18,884 nucleotides of DNA from an uncultured Peptococcaceae bacterium. Its GTDB lineage: Bacteria > Bacillota > Dehalobacteriia > UBA4068 > UBA4997. The stretch lies in NCBI GenBank assembly GCA_947625705.1, contig CANQPG010000026.1, forward strand, positions 1 to 18,884, in the 5' to 3' direction. The notes below the pieces were generated by a model. It did no database searches and was not told where the DNA came from. It was given only the letters and a program-made list of their open reading frames with translations. The position numbers and the translations under genes are program-made. Positions 1-7,636 of this stretch are shown here, one piece after another; the stretch's first letter is position 1, and every line of letters begins with the position of its first letter.

Positions 1-2
1 AG

Positions 3-497
3 CTTTCGGGGATCCTGGGGCTTGCCGCAGGTACCGATTACATCTTCTGCGACGAGACGTTCGACGGGCTTGACCCCGTGATGCGGAACGCCGTAAAAAG
101 TCTGTTCGCGGCGGAGGTGGCGGATCGGGAGCTGACCCCGGTCATCGCGTCGCATAACCTGCGCGAGCTGGAGGATATCTGCGACCATGTGGGGCTGCTG
201 CACCGCGGCGGCGTGCTGCTGGAGAAAGACATCGACGATATGAAGCTGGGCGCGGGCAAGGTGCAGTGCGTGCTGCCGGAGGGCGCGGATATTGACAGCC
301 TGGGGCTGGATATCGTGGTGCGGGATAAGCGCGGCTCGCTTTTGACGATTATCGCGCGCGGCACCCCGGAGGAGATCGCCTCTAAGGTGTCGGCACTGCG
401 GCCGATATTTATGGAAGTTTTGCCGCTGACGCTGGAAGAATTTTTCATCATGGAAACGGAGGTGGCCGGTTATGACGTTAAAAAACTCTTCATCTGA
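3..497 (+). CDS. ABC transporter ATP-binding protein, C-terminal part (5' end lies outside the window)
   Basis: The frame is open to the window edge. From nt 3 it reads LSGILGLAAGTDYIFCDETFDGLDPV (Walker B hhhhDE plus D-loop), then TPVIASHNLRELEDICDHV (H-loop His). TGA at 495-497. The ATG at 78 in the ORF track is internal. Confidence 0.85.
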   Translation, partial: LSGILGLAAGTDYIFCDETFDGLDPVMRNAVKSLFAAEVADRELTPVIASHNLRELEDICDHVGLLHRGGVLLEKDIDDMKLGAGKVQCVLPEGADIDSLGLDIVVRDKRGSLLTIIARGTPEEIASKVSALRPIFMEVLPLTLEEFFIMETEVAGYDVKKLFI

Positions 498-2754
498 GCA
501 GGCGGCGGGCGGTATCGGCCTTTTTAAGCTGCTGACCAAGATCATTCGGCGCAACATCTGGCTGCCGCTGCTGGCGCTGATCGGCTTTCTGCTGAACCTG
601 CCGGTGGTGACGGCGCTGATCTATAACGCGATCGACAACGAGAACGTTTATTATACATATCAATCCAGTTATTTTGCCGAAGAAGTGATGATGGCGTTTC
701 AGATCTGTTCGTCGCTGATCATCATTGTGGGGGCGCTGCTGGCGGCGGTCACGCTGTTCCGCTATCTGCACGTGCGGAGCCAGGTTGATTTTTACCACAG
801 CCTGCCCGTTCGGCGGGAGAAATTCTTTGCGGCCAACTGGCTGGCGGGCTTCCTGGTGTTCTTTGTGCCTTACGCGGCGGCGCACCTGCTGAACCTCATT
901 ATGCTGGCGCTGTTCGGTATGCTGCCATACCTGCCGATGGATATGTATTTCACCTACATTCTGTTCAATATGCTGGGCTATGCGCTGATGTTCTCGCTGA
1001 CGGTGCTGGCCATGCTGCTTTCCGGTAATATGCCCGGTGCCCTGAAGATATTGACGAGTATCTATGGCCTTTGCCCGGCGATTGCGGGTTTGCTCACGGC
1101 GCTGGCCGGTATCTTCTACACCAATTATGTGGCGTTTTCCGATACGCTGACCAACGGCCTGCTGCATGCCTCGGTGCTGGAGCGTTACTGCTGGGTCAGC
1201 TGGTTTTCGATGGAGGGCAACGCGGCGATCTGCGTGCAGGACTGGATAATCGGTATTCTGCTGCTGGTGGTGACGGTGGCGGTATCCGTCCTGCTGTATC
1301 AGAAGCGCAAGAGCGAGTGCGCGGGCAGCACGCTGGCGTTCCGCTGGCAGAAGCCGCTGTTCAAATACCCTTATGTGGTGCTGTTTGGCCTGCTGGGCGG
1401 CATACTGTTCTATGCCATGGGCAATATGGACTTCCTCTGGGCGGCGTTCGGCGCGATCATTGCCACGCTGTTTATGGCGCAGCTGCTGGAGATCTTCGTT
1501 AACAGCGACTTCCGCGCGATCCGCCGGGGCTGGCGGGCGGCGTTCTGCTCCGTGCTGGTGGTGGGCGCGATACTGGCGTACTTTGGCATGGACTTGGGCG
1601 GCTTTAACAAATGGCAGGCCGAGGCCGACGCGGTGGAGAGCGTGCAGGTATCCTCCAGCCTGCTCAATCTGGGCACGAGTGATTATTATAATGACCACCG
1701 TTACAACTGGTATGATAATGAAACCTACTGGCGCTGGTCGAGCAGCGATTATGCCGAAAAGCAGGGCATGATCACGTTCAATGACCCGGCCAACGTGGCC
1801 GCGCTGGTGAGCATTTTGAATTCGCCCGAGACGGAATATGAGTGCCAGTATAACGAGAATGATTATTACAATTATTACAGCGACAGGCAATGGGTGGAAG
1901 TTGTATATCACCTGAAAAACGGCCGCACCAAGGTTCGGAACCTTTCCTGCGGCGGCGTGGTGGCCAACGAGCAGGCGTATCTGACGCTGCTTGCCAGCGA
2001 CGAATGGCGCGGGCAGCTCTTCCTGAACAGCGGCGATTATGACGGCAGAAACGTGCTGCTGGAGGATCTTTACAGCTTTGTGAACGTCGAACATTCGTCT
2101 TATACCGCGCCGGAGCTTTCGGAGGAGCGAAGCAAAGCGCTTTATGAGACGTACAAGCGCGAGTATAACGCGCTTTCCGCCGAGCAGCTGCTGAAGAGCC
2201 TGCCGCTGGGGCGGGTGCAGGTCGGCTTCTACACCGAAAAGGTGGAGCAGGACCACTATACCGATTATAGAGATCTCGAGTATTGGACGCTGTATATCTA
2301 CCCCGGCATGACCGAGACGATCGGGAAATTGCAGTATATCTACGGCGAGGACGCGCTGGACGCGAGTTATCCCGCGGGCAAAATTGCCTCCGTGCGGGAA
2401 ATGCGCAAGGTGATGGACTGGCGGCAGGACGAGGGCGATCTGCCTTATTACCGCAGCGACGTTTATGAGACGGAGGAGGTGCGGACGCTTGATCCCGCCA
2501 CGGACGCGGCGGAGATAGCCAAAATTTACGCCGCCACCGCTTCGGAGGATCAGCTGAACTATGCCGGGTATTACGGTATGACGCCGTTTTTGGCCGAGAC
2601 CTATTACGAGTTTACTTATAAGACGGGCTCACTGGACGATTATGAGTATGCCGTGGAACACGGCTATGAGGCCGTCTACACCGAAGAAGCGCCGCAGCAG
2701 GTGAGCGAGGGCGTGGAGACCATCTGGACGGAAGACCGCTATCCGATAAAGTGA
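472..2754 (+). CDS. Multi-pass membrane protein, putative permease partner of the upstream ABC ATPase, with a large hydrophilic C-terminal domain
   Basis: 760-aa ORF. Its ATG overlaps the ATPase 3' end by 26 nt. The N-terminal half is a series of hydrophobic helices (IWLPLLALIGFLLNLPVV, LIIIVGALLAAVTLF, WLAGFLVFFVPYAAAHLL and others). The C-terminal ~380 aa is rich in Tyr/Asp/Glu/Asn. The permease role is inferred only from adjacency and topology. Confidence 0.7.
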   Translation: MTLKNSSSEQAAGGIGLFKLLTKIIRRNIWLPLLALIGFLLNLPVVTALIYNAIDNENVYYTYQSSYFAEEVMMAFQICSSLIIIVGALLAAVTLFRYLHVRSQVDFYHSLPVRREKFFAANWLAGFLVFFVPYAAAHLLNLIMLALFGMLPYLPMDMYFTYILFNMLGYALMFSLTVLAMLLSGNMPGALKILTSIYGLCPAIAGLLTALAGIFYTNYVAFSDTLTNGLLHASVLERYCWVSWFSMEGNAAICVQDWIIGILLLVVTVAVSVLLYQKRKSECAGSTLAFRWQKPLFKYPYVVLFGLLGGILFYAMGNMDFLWAAFGAIIATLFMAQLLEIFVNSDFRAIRRGWRAAFCSVLVVGAILAYFGMDLGGFNKWQAEADAVESVQVSSSLLNLGTSDYYNDHRYNWYDNETYWRWSSSDYAEKQGMITFNDPANVAALVSILNSPETEYECQYNENDYYNYYSDRQWVEVVYHLKNGRTKVRNLSCGGVVANEQAYLTLLASDEWRGQLFLNSGDYDGRNVLLEDLYSFVNVEHSSYTAPELSEERSKALYETYKREYNALSAEQLLKSLPLGRVQVGFYTEKVEQDHYTDYRDLEYWTLYIYPGMTETIGKLQYIYGEDALDASYPAGKIASVREMRKVMDWRQDEGDLPYYRSDVYETEEVRTLDPATDAAEIAKIYAATASEDQLNYAGYYGMTPFLAETYYEFTYKTGSLDDYEYAVEHGYEAVYTEEAPQQVSEGVETIWTEDRYPIK

Positions 2755-2780
2755 GAGCAGGGCGTGGATAATATACGAAA

Positions 2781-2808
2781 GGCGGGGTGTTATACCCCGC
2801 CTTTTTGT
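2781..2808. terminator. Bidirectional rho-independent terminator between convergent genes
   Basis: GGCGGGGT (2781-2788), loop GTTAT, ACCCCGCC (2794-2801), then TTTTTGT. It is preceded by AAA, so it can serve both strands. Confidence 0.8.
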
Positions 2809-2816
2809 ATGTATTA

Positions 2817-3521
2817 TTATTGTACTATTGGCGCTTCTATCGGGGCGGTCTCGTTCCAGCCCCAAAACTCGGTGGTGACGGTGAGGGTGCTTTGCTGCTC
2901 GCCGGCGTGGGCGGCGGCGGCAATTTCCGCCTGGCGTATCTGGCGGTCGTCGCGGGTGATCCAGAGCGTGCAGGTGAGCGAGTCGAAGTATTTTTCGTAA
3001 TAGCCGGCCTCAGTCTTGGGCGTGAAAGTGACCTTCCAGCATTTCTCCTCGTCGATGCTTTCCTCGTCCTGCTCCGCCGCGTCATTGATGGCGGCCAGCT
3101 TAAAGAACGCGCGCGGGTTGATCTCGTTCAGCAGCGAGTCGTTGGTCAGAAGCTCGCCGTCGGAAATTTCCAGCCATTGGTCGGTGATGGTATCCTGGCG
3201 GAACGTAGTCTGCCCGATCTGATACATATTGACCGCCGTCCCCAGCACCTCGCCCTGCACGTGGCAGTCCGCCCCGCATATCTCACCGGAAAGTTCGCCC
3301 AGCGGCGTGCTTTCGCCGTTCAGCGCAAGCCTGCTTTCCGTATGGAACGAGATACTTTCGGCGGCGAGCAGGTTATCCACGGCGACGGCGGCAAGCTCGG
3401 CGGGCGGCAGCTTCGGCGCGGTGAAGCTGGGGCGCAGCCACATCACCAGCAGCAGCACGATCAGCAGGATTCCCGCGGCGGGCAGCAGAATTTTTTTGGC
3501 GTTCAATTTGGCGGTTTGCAT
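2817..3521 (-). CDS. Hypothetical N-terminally membrane-anchored (or secreted) protein
   Basis: 234-aa ORF. Strong RBS on the minus strand (AAGGGGGA, about 7 nt before the ATG at 3521). N-terminus MQTAKLNAKKILLPAAGILLIVLLLVMWL is a signal-anchor. The rest is hydrophilic with no motif I recognise. Confidence 0.7.
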   Translation of the reverse strand: MQTAKLNAKKILLPAAGILLIVLLLVMWLRPSFTAPKLPPAELAAVAVDNLLAAESISFHTESRLALNGESTPLGELSGEICGADCHVQGEVLGTAVNMYQIGQTTFRQDTITDQWLEISDGELLTNDSLLNEINPRAFFKLAAINDAAEQDEESIDEEKCWKVTFTPKTEAGYYEKYFDSLTCTLWITRDDRQIRQAEIAAAAHAGEQQSTLTVTTEFWGWNETAPIEAPIVQ

Positions 3522-3705
3522 GCAAAATCCCCCTTATAGCAGGCAGTTTGGCGGCAATCTTTGCCGCAGTGCCTAAAATTATGCCGGAGTTTTTGAGAAA
3601 ATTCCTAAAAGGCGGAGAATTTTTGCAGGGTTTTGTTGTTTCTGCGAGAATAAATAACAACAAGAATAATTTTCCGTAATGGCAAACCGGCCGGGGGGTG
3701 GTTAG

Positions 3706-4275
3706 ATGTCTGATCTGCCGCAGATTTATCCTAAGGGCTGCCGGGTCAAGGAATTGATATCGGCGGAGCGTCTGGCGCTGATGGTGGCTGACGTGGCGGC
3801 CGAAATTGACGCCTATTACGCTTCGATCGGCGCACCGGAGATATTGCTGGTGGGGATATTAAAGGGCGCGGGCGTTTTCCACGCCGACCTTTTAAGAAAG
3901 CTGAAGACGCCGGTGCAGGTGGATTTCATGCAGGCTTCCAGCTATACCGGCACGGCCAGCAGCGGAGAATTAACGATACATAAAGACTTGGCGGCCGATA
4001 TTTCCGGGCGGCATGTGCTGCTGGTGGAGGATATTATCGACACGGGGCTGACGCTTTCCCTGCTGCTGGAGCGTTTGAAGCAGCGCAGCCCGGCCAGCCT
4101 TAAGCTCTGCGCCGCGTTTGATAAGCGGGAGGCCAGGCGCTATCCGCTGGAGGCTGATTTCGCGGGGCTTACCGTTCCGGATAAATTCCTTGTGGGCTAT
4201 GGCCTGGATTACCGGGAGTATTTCCGGGGGCTGCCGTATGTGGGCGAATTGAGTTTTGACGAAGCCGAGGCATAA
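3706..4275 (+). CDS. hpt: Hypoxanthine(-guanine) phosphoribosyltransferase
   Basis: 189 aa. PRPP-binding loop VLLVEDIIDTGLTL, and the C-terminal FLVGYGLDYREYFR string typical of 6-oxopurine PRTs. G-rich RBS (GGGGGGTGG) upstream of the ATG. Confidence 0.9.
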   Translation: MSDLPQIYPKGCRVKELISAERLALMVADVAAEIDAYYASIGAPEILLVGILKGAGVFHADLLRKLKTPVQVDFMQASSYTGTASSGELTIHKDLAADISGRHVLLVEDIIDTGLTLSLLLERLKQRSPASLKLCAAFDKREARRYPLEADFAGLTVPDKFLVGYGLDYREYFRGLPYVGELSFDEAEA

Positions 4276-4326
4276 CAGGTAAAATAACGTAAATTAAGTA
4301 TAATCAAACTAAGGGAGGCAATCGAC

Positions 4327-4914
4327 ATGATTGAAAAAGAGCAGGTTCTTTGGCAGGTGGCGCAGCAAATGACGCTTAACCTGCAGGCAAACAATAAAAA
4401 GCTGGCGGAGGTGCCGGGCGACTATCTGGCTAAGGTGGCGGAGAAAGCCGGTATTTTCGCGGTGTTCTATTCCGGGCGCGAGCTGGGGCTGGGCCTTGGC
4501 AAATCGCCGGAGCTTTCGATGCTTTATGTGGACGCGACGAAAGATATCCCGCGCCACCTTTGGGGCGAGGACACCGGGGCGACTGGCTTGCGCCGGTCTC
4601 TGGCCGCGCTGCTGACTTTTAAATATGATTTGCAGGCGCGCCCCAGAAGCAATGACCCCGATGACGTTGACCGTTTCGATAACTATGCGCTGACGCCCGA
4701 AAGCGAGGCCAAGCTGACCGAGTGGATGCAGGAAAATCTGTATATCGGCGTGGTGGCCGCCACCCCCGATACCATCAATCAGCTGATCCCGGCGATGATC
4801 ACCGCCAACGCGCCGGTGCTTAACCTGACCAACAATGTTAACAACCAGTACGGCGCCGAGGTGAAGCGCTGCCGCAAGCAGATGACCGCCGCCGCCCGTG
4901 CGTATCAGGAATAA
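4327..4914 (+). CDS. GIY-YIG-like nuclease-superfamily protein (uncharacterised subgroup); function tentative
   Basis: 195 aa. RBS AAGGGAGG about 8 nt upstream. GIFAVFY ... LYVDATKDIPRHL resembles the GIY...YIG...R core. LRRSLAALL ... E..L.EWM ... PVLNL matches my memory of an uncharacterised GIY-YIG subgroup. Not verified by search. Confidence 0.6.
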   Translation: MIEKEQVLWQVAQQMTLNLQANNKKLAEVPGDYLAKVAEKAGIFAVFYSGRELGLGLGKSPELSMLYVDATKDIPRHLWGEDTGATGLRRSLAALLTFKYDLQARPRSNDPDDVDRFDNYALTPESEAKLTEWMQENLYIGVVAATPDTINQLIPAMITANAPVLNLTNNVNNQYGAEVKRCRKQMTAAARAYQE

Positions 4915-4944
4915 CCTGCTCTTTTAGTTAATTTGGCATAAAAA

Positions 4945-4985
4945 AATAATAAATCGGTATCTTAAATACCGATTTATTATTTTTT
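4945..4985. terminator. Bidirectional rho-independent terminator
   Basis: Perfect 16-bp stem AATAATAAATCGGTAT (4945-4960) / ATACCGATTTATTATT (4966-4981), loop CTTAA. Flanked by an A-run upstream and a T-run downstream. It sits between convergent genes 4327-4914 (+) and 5044-5190 (-). Confidence 0.8.
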
Positions 4986-5043
4986 CAGCGCTTAAATTCG
5001 TCTTGTTCCAATAGGCACTTTCAGGGGAATTGCCGCGGTTCAC

Positions 5044-5190
5044 TTAGCGGCAGTTGTTGTTGTTCTGCTGGTTGCTCTGCTGATTCGATTTCTGATTGGT
5101 CTGCTGGTTATTCTGCTGGTTGGTCTGCTGATTGCTCTTCTGGTTGGAGTTCTGGTTAGACTGCTGGTTGTTCATACGGTTGTTGTTCAT
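5044..5190 (-). CDS. 48-aa Asn/Gln-repeat micro-protein (not in the supplied ORF track because it is under 60 aa)
   Basis: Hand translation of the minus strand gives MNNNRMNNQQSNQNSNQKSNQQTNQQNNQQTNQKSNQQSNQQNNNNCR*. RBS AAAGGGGTGA ends about 7 nt before the ATG (5190). TAA at 5046-5044. The 4945-4981 hairpin follows downstream. Confidence 0.55.
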   Translation of the reverse strand: MNNNRMNNQQSNQNSNQKSNQQTNQQNNQQTNQKSNQQSNQQNNNNCR

Positions 5191-5440
5191 TTTGGTTTCA
5201 CCCCTTTATATGATTATTTCGCAACCACAGTCCTATTATGTCTTCTCCGCCGCCGCATTATGTATGCCGAAGCGAGGATTTTGCGCCAAAATCTGCCGGA
5301 ATATTCCCCGCCTGCCGGCGCATAATAAGCAGCGGAAGTCCGCAGATGACAAAAGGGCAAGGCCGGGTAAAAAGCGTATGCGTGCCGTCAGTCCTCTATT
5401 GTCAGCGGACTTCTGCTTTTTTATTTTAGGAGGTTTTAAT

Positions 5441-6040
5441 ATGAAGCTTTTAATTGCCAGCGGCAACCGCCACAAGGTGGCCGAGATCGCCAAGCTTTTG
5501 CAGAGGACAAGCTGGGAGGTCTGTTCTTTGAGCGATTTCCCTGATGTGGAACTGCCGCCGGAGGACGCGCCGGATTTTGCCGGCAACGCCCGTATCAAAG
5601 CCGCCTATGCTGCTCATGTCACCGGGCTTTGGACGCTGGCGGACGATTCGGGTCTTGCCGTGGATTATCTGGACGGCGCCCCCGGTGTGCGCAGCGCCCG
5701 TTATGCCGGCGAGCAGAAAGACGATAACGCCAACAACCAAAAGCTGCTGCAGGCTTTGCGGGACTGCCCCAAGGATAAGCGCACCGCTCGCTTTATCTGC
5801 GCGCTTTCGCTGGTATCGCCCACGGGTGAAGAGTTTACCGCCCAAGGCGTCTGCGAGGGGACGATCGGTTACGCGGAGCGGGGCGAGCTGGGCTTTGGCT
5901 ATGACCCGCTGTTCATCATGGCGGACGGCTTACATACCATGGCGGAGCTGGATATGGCGGCCAAAAATCAGGTCAGCCACCGGGCGCGGGCGCTGGCGGC
6001 GCTGCTGCCGACGCTCTTGGAAATTGCCAAAGGTGAATGA
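5441..6040 (+). CDS. rdgB: Non-canonical purine NTP pyrophosphatase (RdgB/HAM1 family)
   Basis: Start chosen at ATG 5441 (RBS TAGGAGG 7 nt upstream) rather than the track start at 5132. Family strings present: MKLLIASGNRHKVAEI, ADDSGLAVDYLDGAPGVRSARY, RTARFICAL, GFGYDPLF, KNQVSHRARA. Confidence 0.9.
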   Translation: MKLLIASGNRHKVAEIAKLLQRTSWEVCSLSDFPDVELPPEDAPDFAGNARIKAAYAAHVTGLWTLADDSGLAVDYLDGAPGVRSARYAGEQKDDNANNQKLLQALRDCPKDKRTARFICALSLVSPTGEEFTAQGVCEGTIGYAERGELGFGYDPLFIMADGLHTMAELDMAAKNQVSHRARALAALLPTLLEIAKGE

Positions 6041-6041
6041 T

Positions 6042-6079
6042 ATAAAGAAAAACACCTTATTTAAGGTGTTTTTCTTTAT
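6042..6079. terminator. Hairpin terminator immediately after rdgB; also the likely left junction of the integrated element
   Basis: Perfect 18-nt inverted repeat ATAAAGAAAAACACCTTA (6042-6059) / TAAGGTGTTTTTCTTTAT (6062-6079). The right arm is T-rich. The recombinase stop codon (6078-6076, minus) lies inside the right arm. Confidence 0.75.
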
Positions 6080-7590
6080 GGCGCACCCAATGGCGCAAAA
6101 TCCGAACATATCATTGAGCCGCTTTCGGCGACCTTTTCGGCTTCGGGCAGACTGATTTTTTTACTGTGGCCGTTAAAGTTAAGCTGCAGCAGAAGCTTGC
6201 CGTCATCATACACATAGACTGCCTGCAAGAATGTTTCGACTATGTATATTCGCCATGACACGTCGCTGTAATCCGCGGTGCGGAAACGCTGCAGGAACCA
6301 GATCACAGTATCGCGGGATATGCTGACGTTTTCCAAGCGTTCTTTGGTTATACCTTTTTCCAGCGCCGCCCGCTCGGCTTCCAGCTCCATTATGTGGCTT
6401 TTCAGGCTATCGGTCACAAAGCCGCTGTCGATAAGCGCCATGGAGTTTTTGATAGCAGATTGGGTTTGCTTCAGACGTTTTTCCAGCGCGGTGGCGTGGC
6501 TGCTGGCGGACTGTTCTGCCTGCCATGCCATAAAGGTGTCGGCTATGCCGTTGATCAGGCCGTCGTCTTGAATAATATCGACCAATGCTTTAATAACTGC
6601 GTCCTCAATGAGCTGCTTGGATATGCTCTGACGGGCGCATTTCTTTTTGCGGCGGCCATTGCAGGTGTAATAATGGTAAATTGCGCCGCTTTTGCCGGTG
6701 CCGCTGTCGCCGGTCATCGCCTCGCCGCACTCGCCGCAGAATATTTTGGTCGTCAGCAGGAAACCGCCCTCGGTTTTCTTGGCCGCCGGCGCTTCGTGGT
6801 GTTTTTTCAGCATGGCTTGCACCTTGTTAAAAAGTTCTTTGGTCACGATTGGGGTTATGGCGTTTTCGTCGTAAATATCATCATAGCGGTAGACGCCGAT
6901 GTACTTCTCGTTTTGCAGAATACGCCGCAGGGAATTCTTGTTAAAGAGGTTTCCCCTGACGGTGCGATACCCCTCGTTGTTGAGATCGGTGTAAATATCA
7001 ACAGCGGGGCGGCCGGCGGCGTATTCCTCGAAAATGCGGCGCACGATCGGCGCGGTGGCCGGATCCGGCTCGTAACGCTTTTCAGCGTTTTGCCGCAGAC
7101 CGAAAACCATGCGCCCCAGCGTTTGCCGCTTTAAGGCGCTGTCATAATTGCCGCGCTTGACGTTTTGGGAGAGGTTGGCGGAGTAGTATTCGGCAAAGCC
7201 CTCCATGACGCTTTCCAATATAATACCCTCCGGGCCGTCCGGGATAAGCTCTTTGGCATAAAGCACCTGAACGCCGTTTTGCTTCAGCTTGTATTTGTAA
7301 ACGGCGCTGTCGTAGCGGGAGCGTGCGAAGCGGTCATTCTTCCAGCAGAGTACCACCGAGAATTGGCCTTTGGCGCTGTCGCGGATCATGCGCTGAAATT
7401 CCGGGCGTTTATCTGACGTGCCGGAAAGGGCGCGGTCACAGTATTCACCCACAACGGTAAGGCCGTGCTTTTTGGCAAATTCGTGGCAATCGCGGAGCTG
7501 CCCCTCTATGCTTTCTTCTCGCTGGCCGTTATAGGAATAGCGGGCATATATAACTGCGAAAAGGGTTGTATCAGAAATGATATTGTTCAT
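6076..7590 (-). CDS. Large serine recombinase (phage integrase type)
   Basis: 504 aa. N-terminal resolvase catalytic domain (AVIYARYSYNGQREESIEGQ with the nucleophile Ser context, then WKNDRFARS). Recombinase domain, Zn-ribbon CGECGE...YHYYTCNGRRKKKC, and a coiled-coil-like C-terminal region. Confidence 0.9.
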   Translation of the reverse strand: MNNIISDTTLFAVIYARYSYNGQREESIEGQLRDCHEFAKKHGLTVVGEYCDRALSGTSDKRPEFQRMIRDSAKGQFSVVLCWKNDRFARSRYDSAVYKYKLKQNGVQVLYAKELIPDGPEGIILESVMEGFAEYYSANLSQNVKRGNYDSALKRQTLGRMVFGLRQNAEKRYEPDPATAPIVRRIFEEYAAGRPAVDIYTDLNNEGYRTVRGNLFNKNSLRRILQNEKYIGVYRYDDIYDENAITPIVTKELFNKVQAMLKKHHEAPAAKKTEGGFLLTTKIFCGECGEAMTGDSGTGKSGAIYHYYTCNGRRKKKCARQSISKQLIEDAVIKALVDIIQDDGLINGIADTFMAWQAEQSASSHATALEKRLKQTQSAIKNSMALIDSGFVTDSLKSHIMELEAERAALEKGITKERLENVSISRDTVIWFLQRFRTADYSDVSWRIYIVETFLQAVYVYDDGKLLLQLNFNGHSKKISLPEAEKVAESGSMICSDFAPLGAP

Positions 7591-7636
7591 AAAAACACCT
7601 GATTTTGCCGCCGGGCTGGCGGCTATTGATACTTTA

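Noticed and set aside
490-2256. 588-aa minus-strand ORF (plus alternative plus-strand frames 1071-1502 and 1373-1771) inside the permease gene
   Set aside because: Arg/His/Gln/Pro-rich low-complexity translations typical of antisense or off-frame shadows in GC-rich coding DNA. No RBS. The plus-strand 760-aa frame has coherent TM helices and coupling to the ATPase.
2787-3539. 250-aa plus-strand ORF (and 2837-3085 -, 3016-3222 +, 3229-3576 +) overlapping 2817-3521
   Set aside because: Gly/Arg/Leu-rich shadow translation without an RBS. The minus-strand ORF has a strong AAGGGGGA RBS, a signal-anchor and a convergent terminator.
3549-3664. Hairpins upstream of hpt (GCGGCAA-tct-TTGCCGC at ~3551-3567; TTGTTGTT...AACAACAA at ~3634-3664) as a riboswitch or operator
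   Set aside because: These are short inverted repeats in a divergent intergenic region with no recognisable riboswitch architecture or adjacent U-tract. The evidence is insufficient.
5132-5440. N-terminal extension of the rdgB ORF back to 5132 (302-aa version), and ORFs 5236-5598 -, 5238-5429 +, 5544-6155 +
   Set aside because: The extension runs through the antisense of the Asn/Gln micro-ORF repeat and a non-coding leader. A canonical TAGGAGG RBS and the family N-terminus MKLLIASGN begin at 5441.
6394-7416. Plus-strand ORFs 6278-6571, 6394-7134, 6692-6874 and 7165-7416 opposite the serine recombinase
   Set aside because: Ala/Gly/Val-rich antisense shadows. The minus frame carries unmistakable resolvase and Zn-ribbon motifs.
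7607-7623. GC hairpin GCCGCC-GGGCT-GGCGGC between the YHYH gene and the integrase as a terminator
   Set aside because: On the minus (transcribed) strand it is followed by AAAATC rather than a U-tract. It may be a stem-loop, but I cannot support calling it a terminator.
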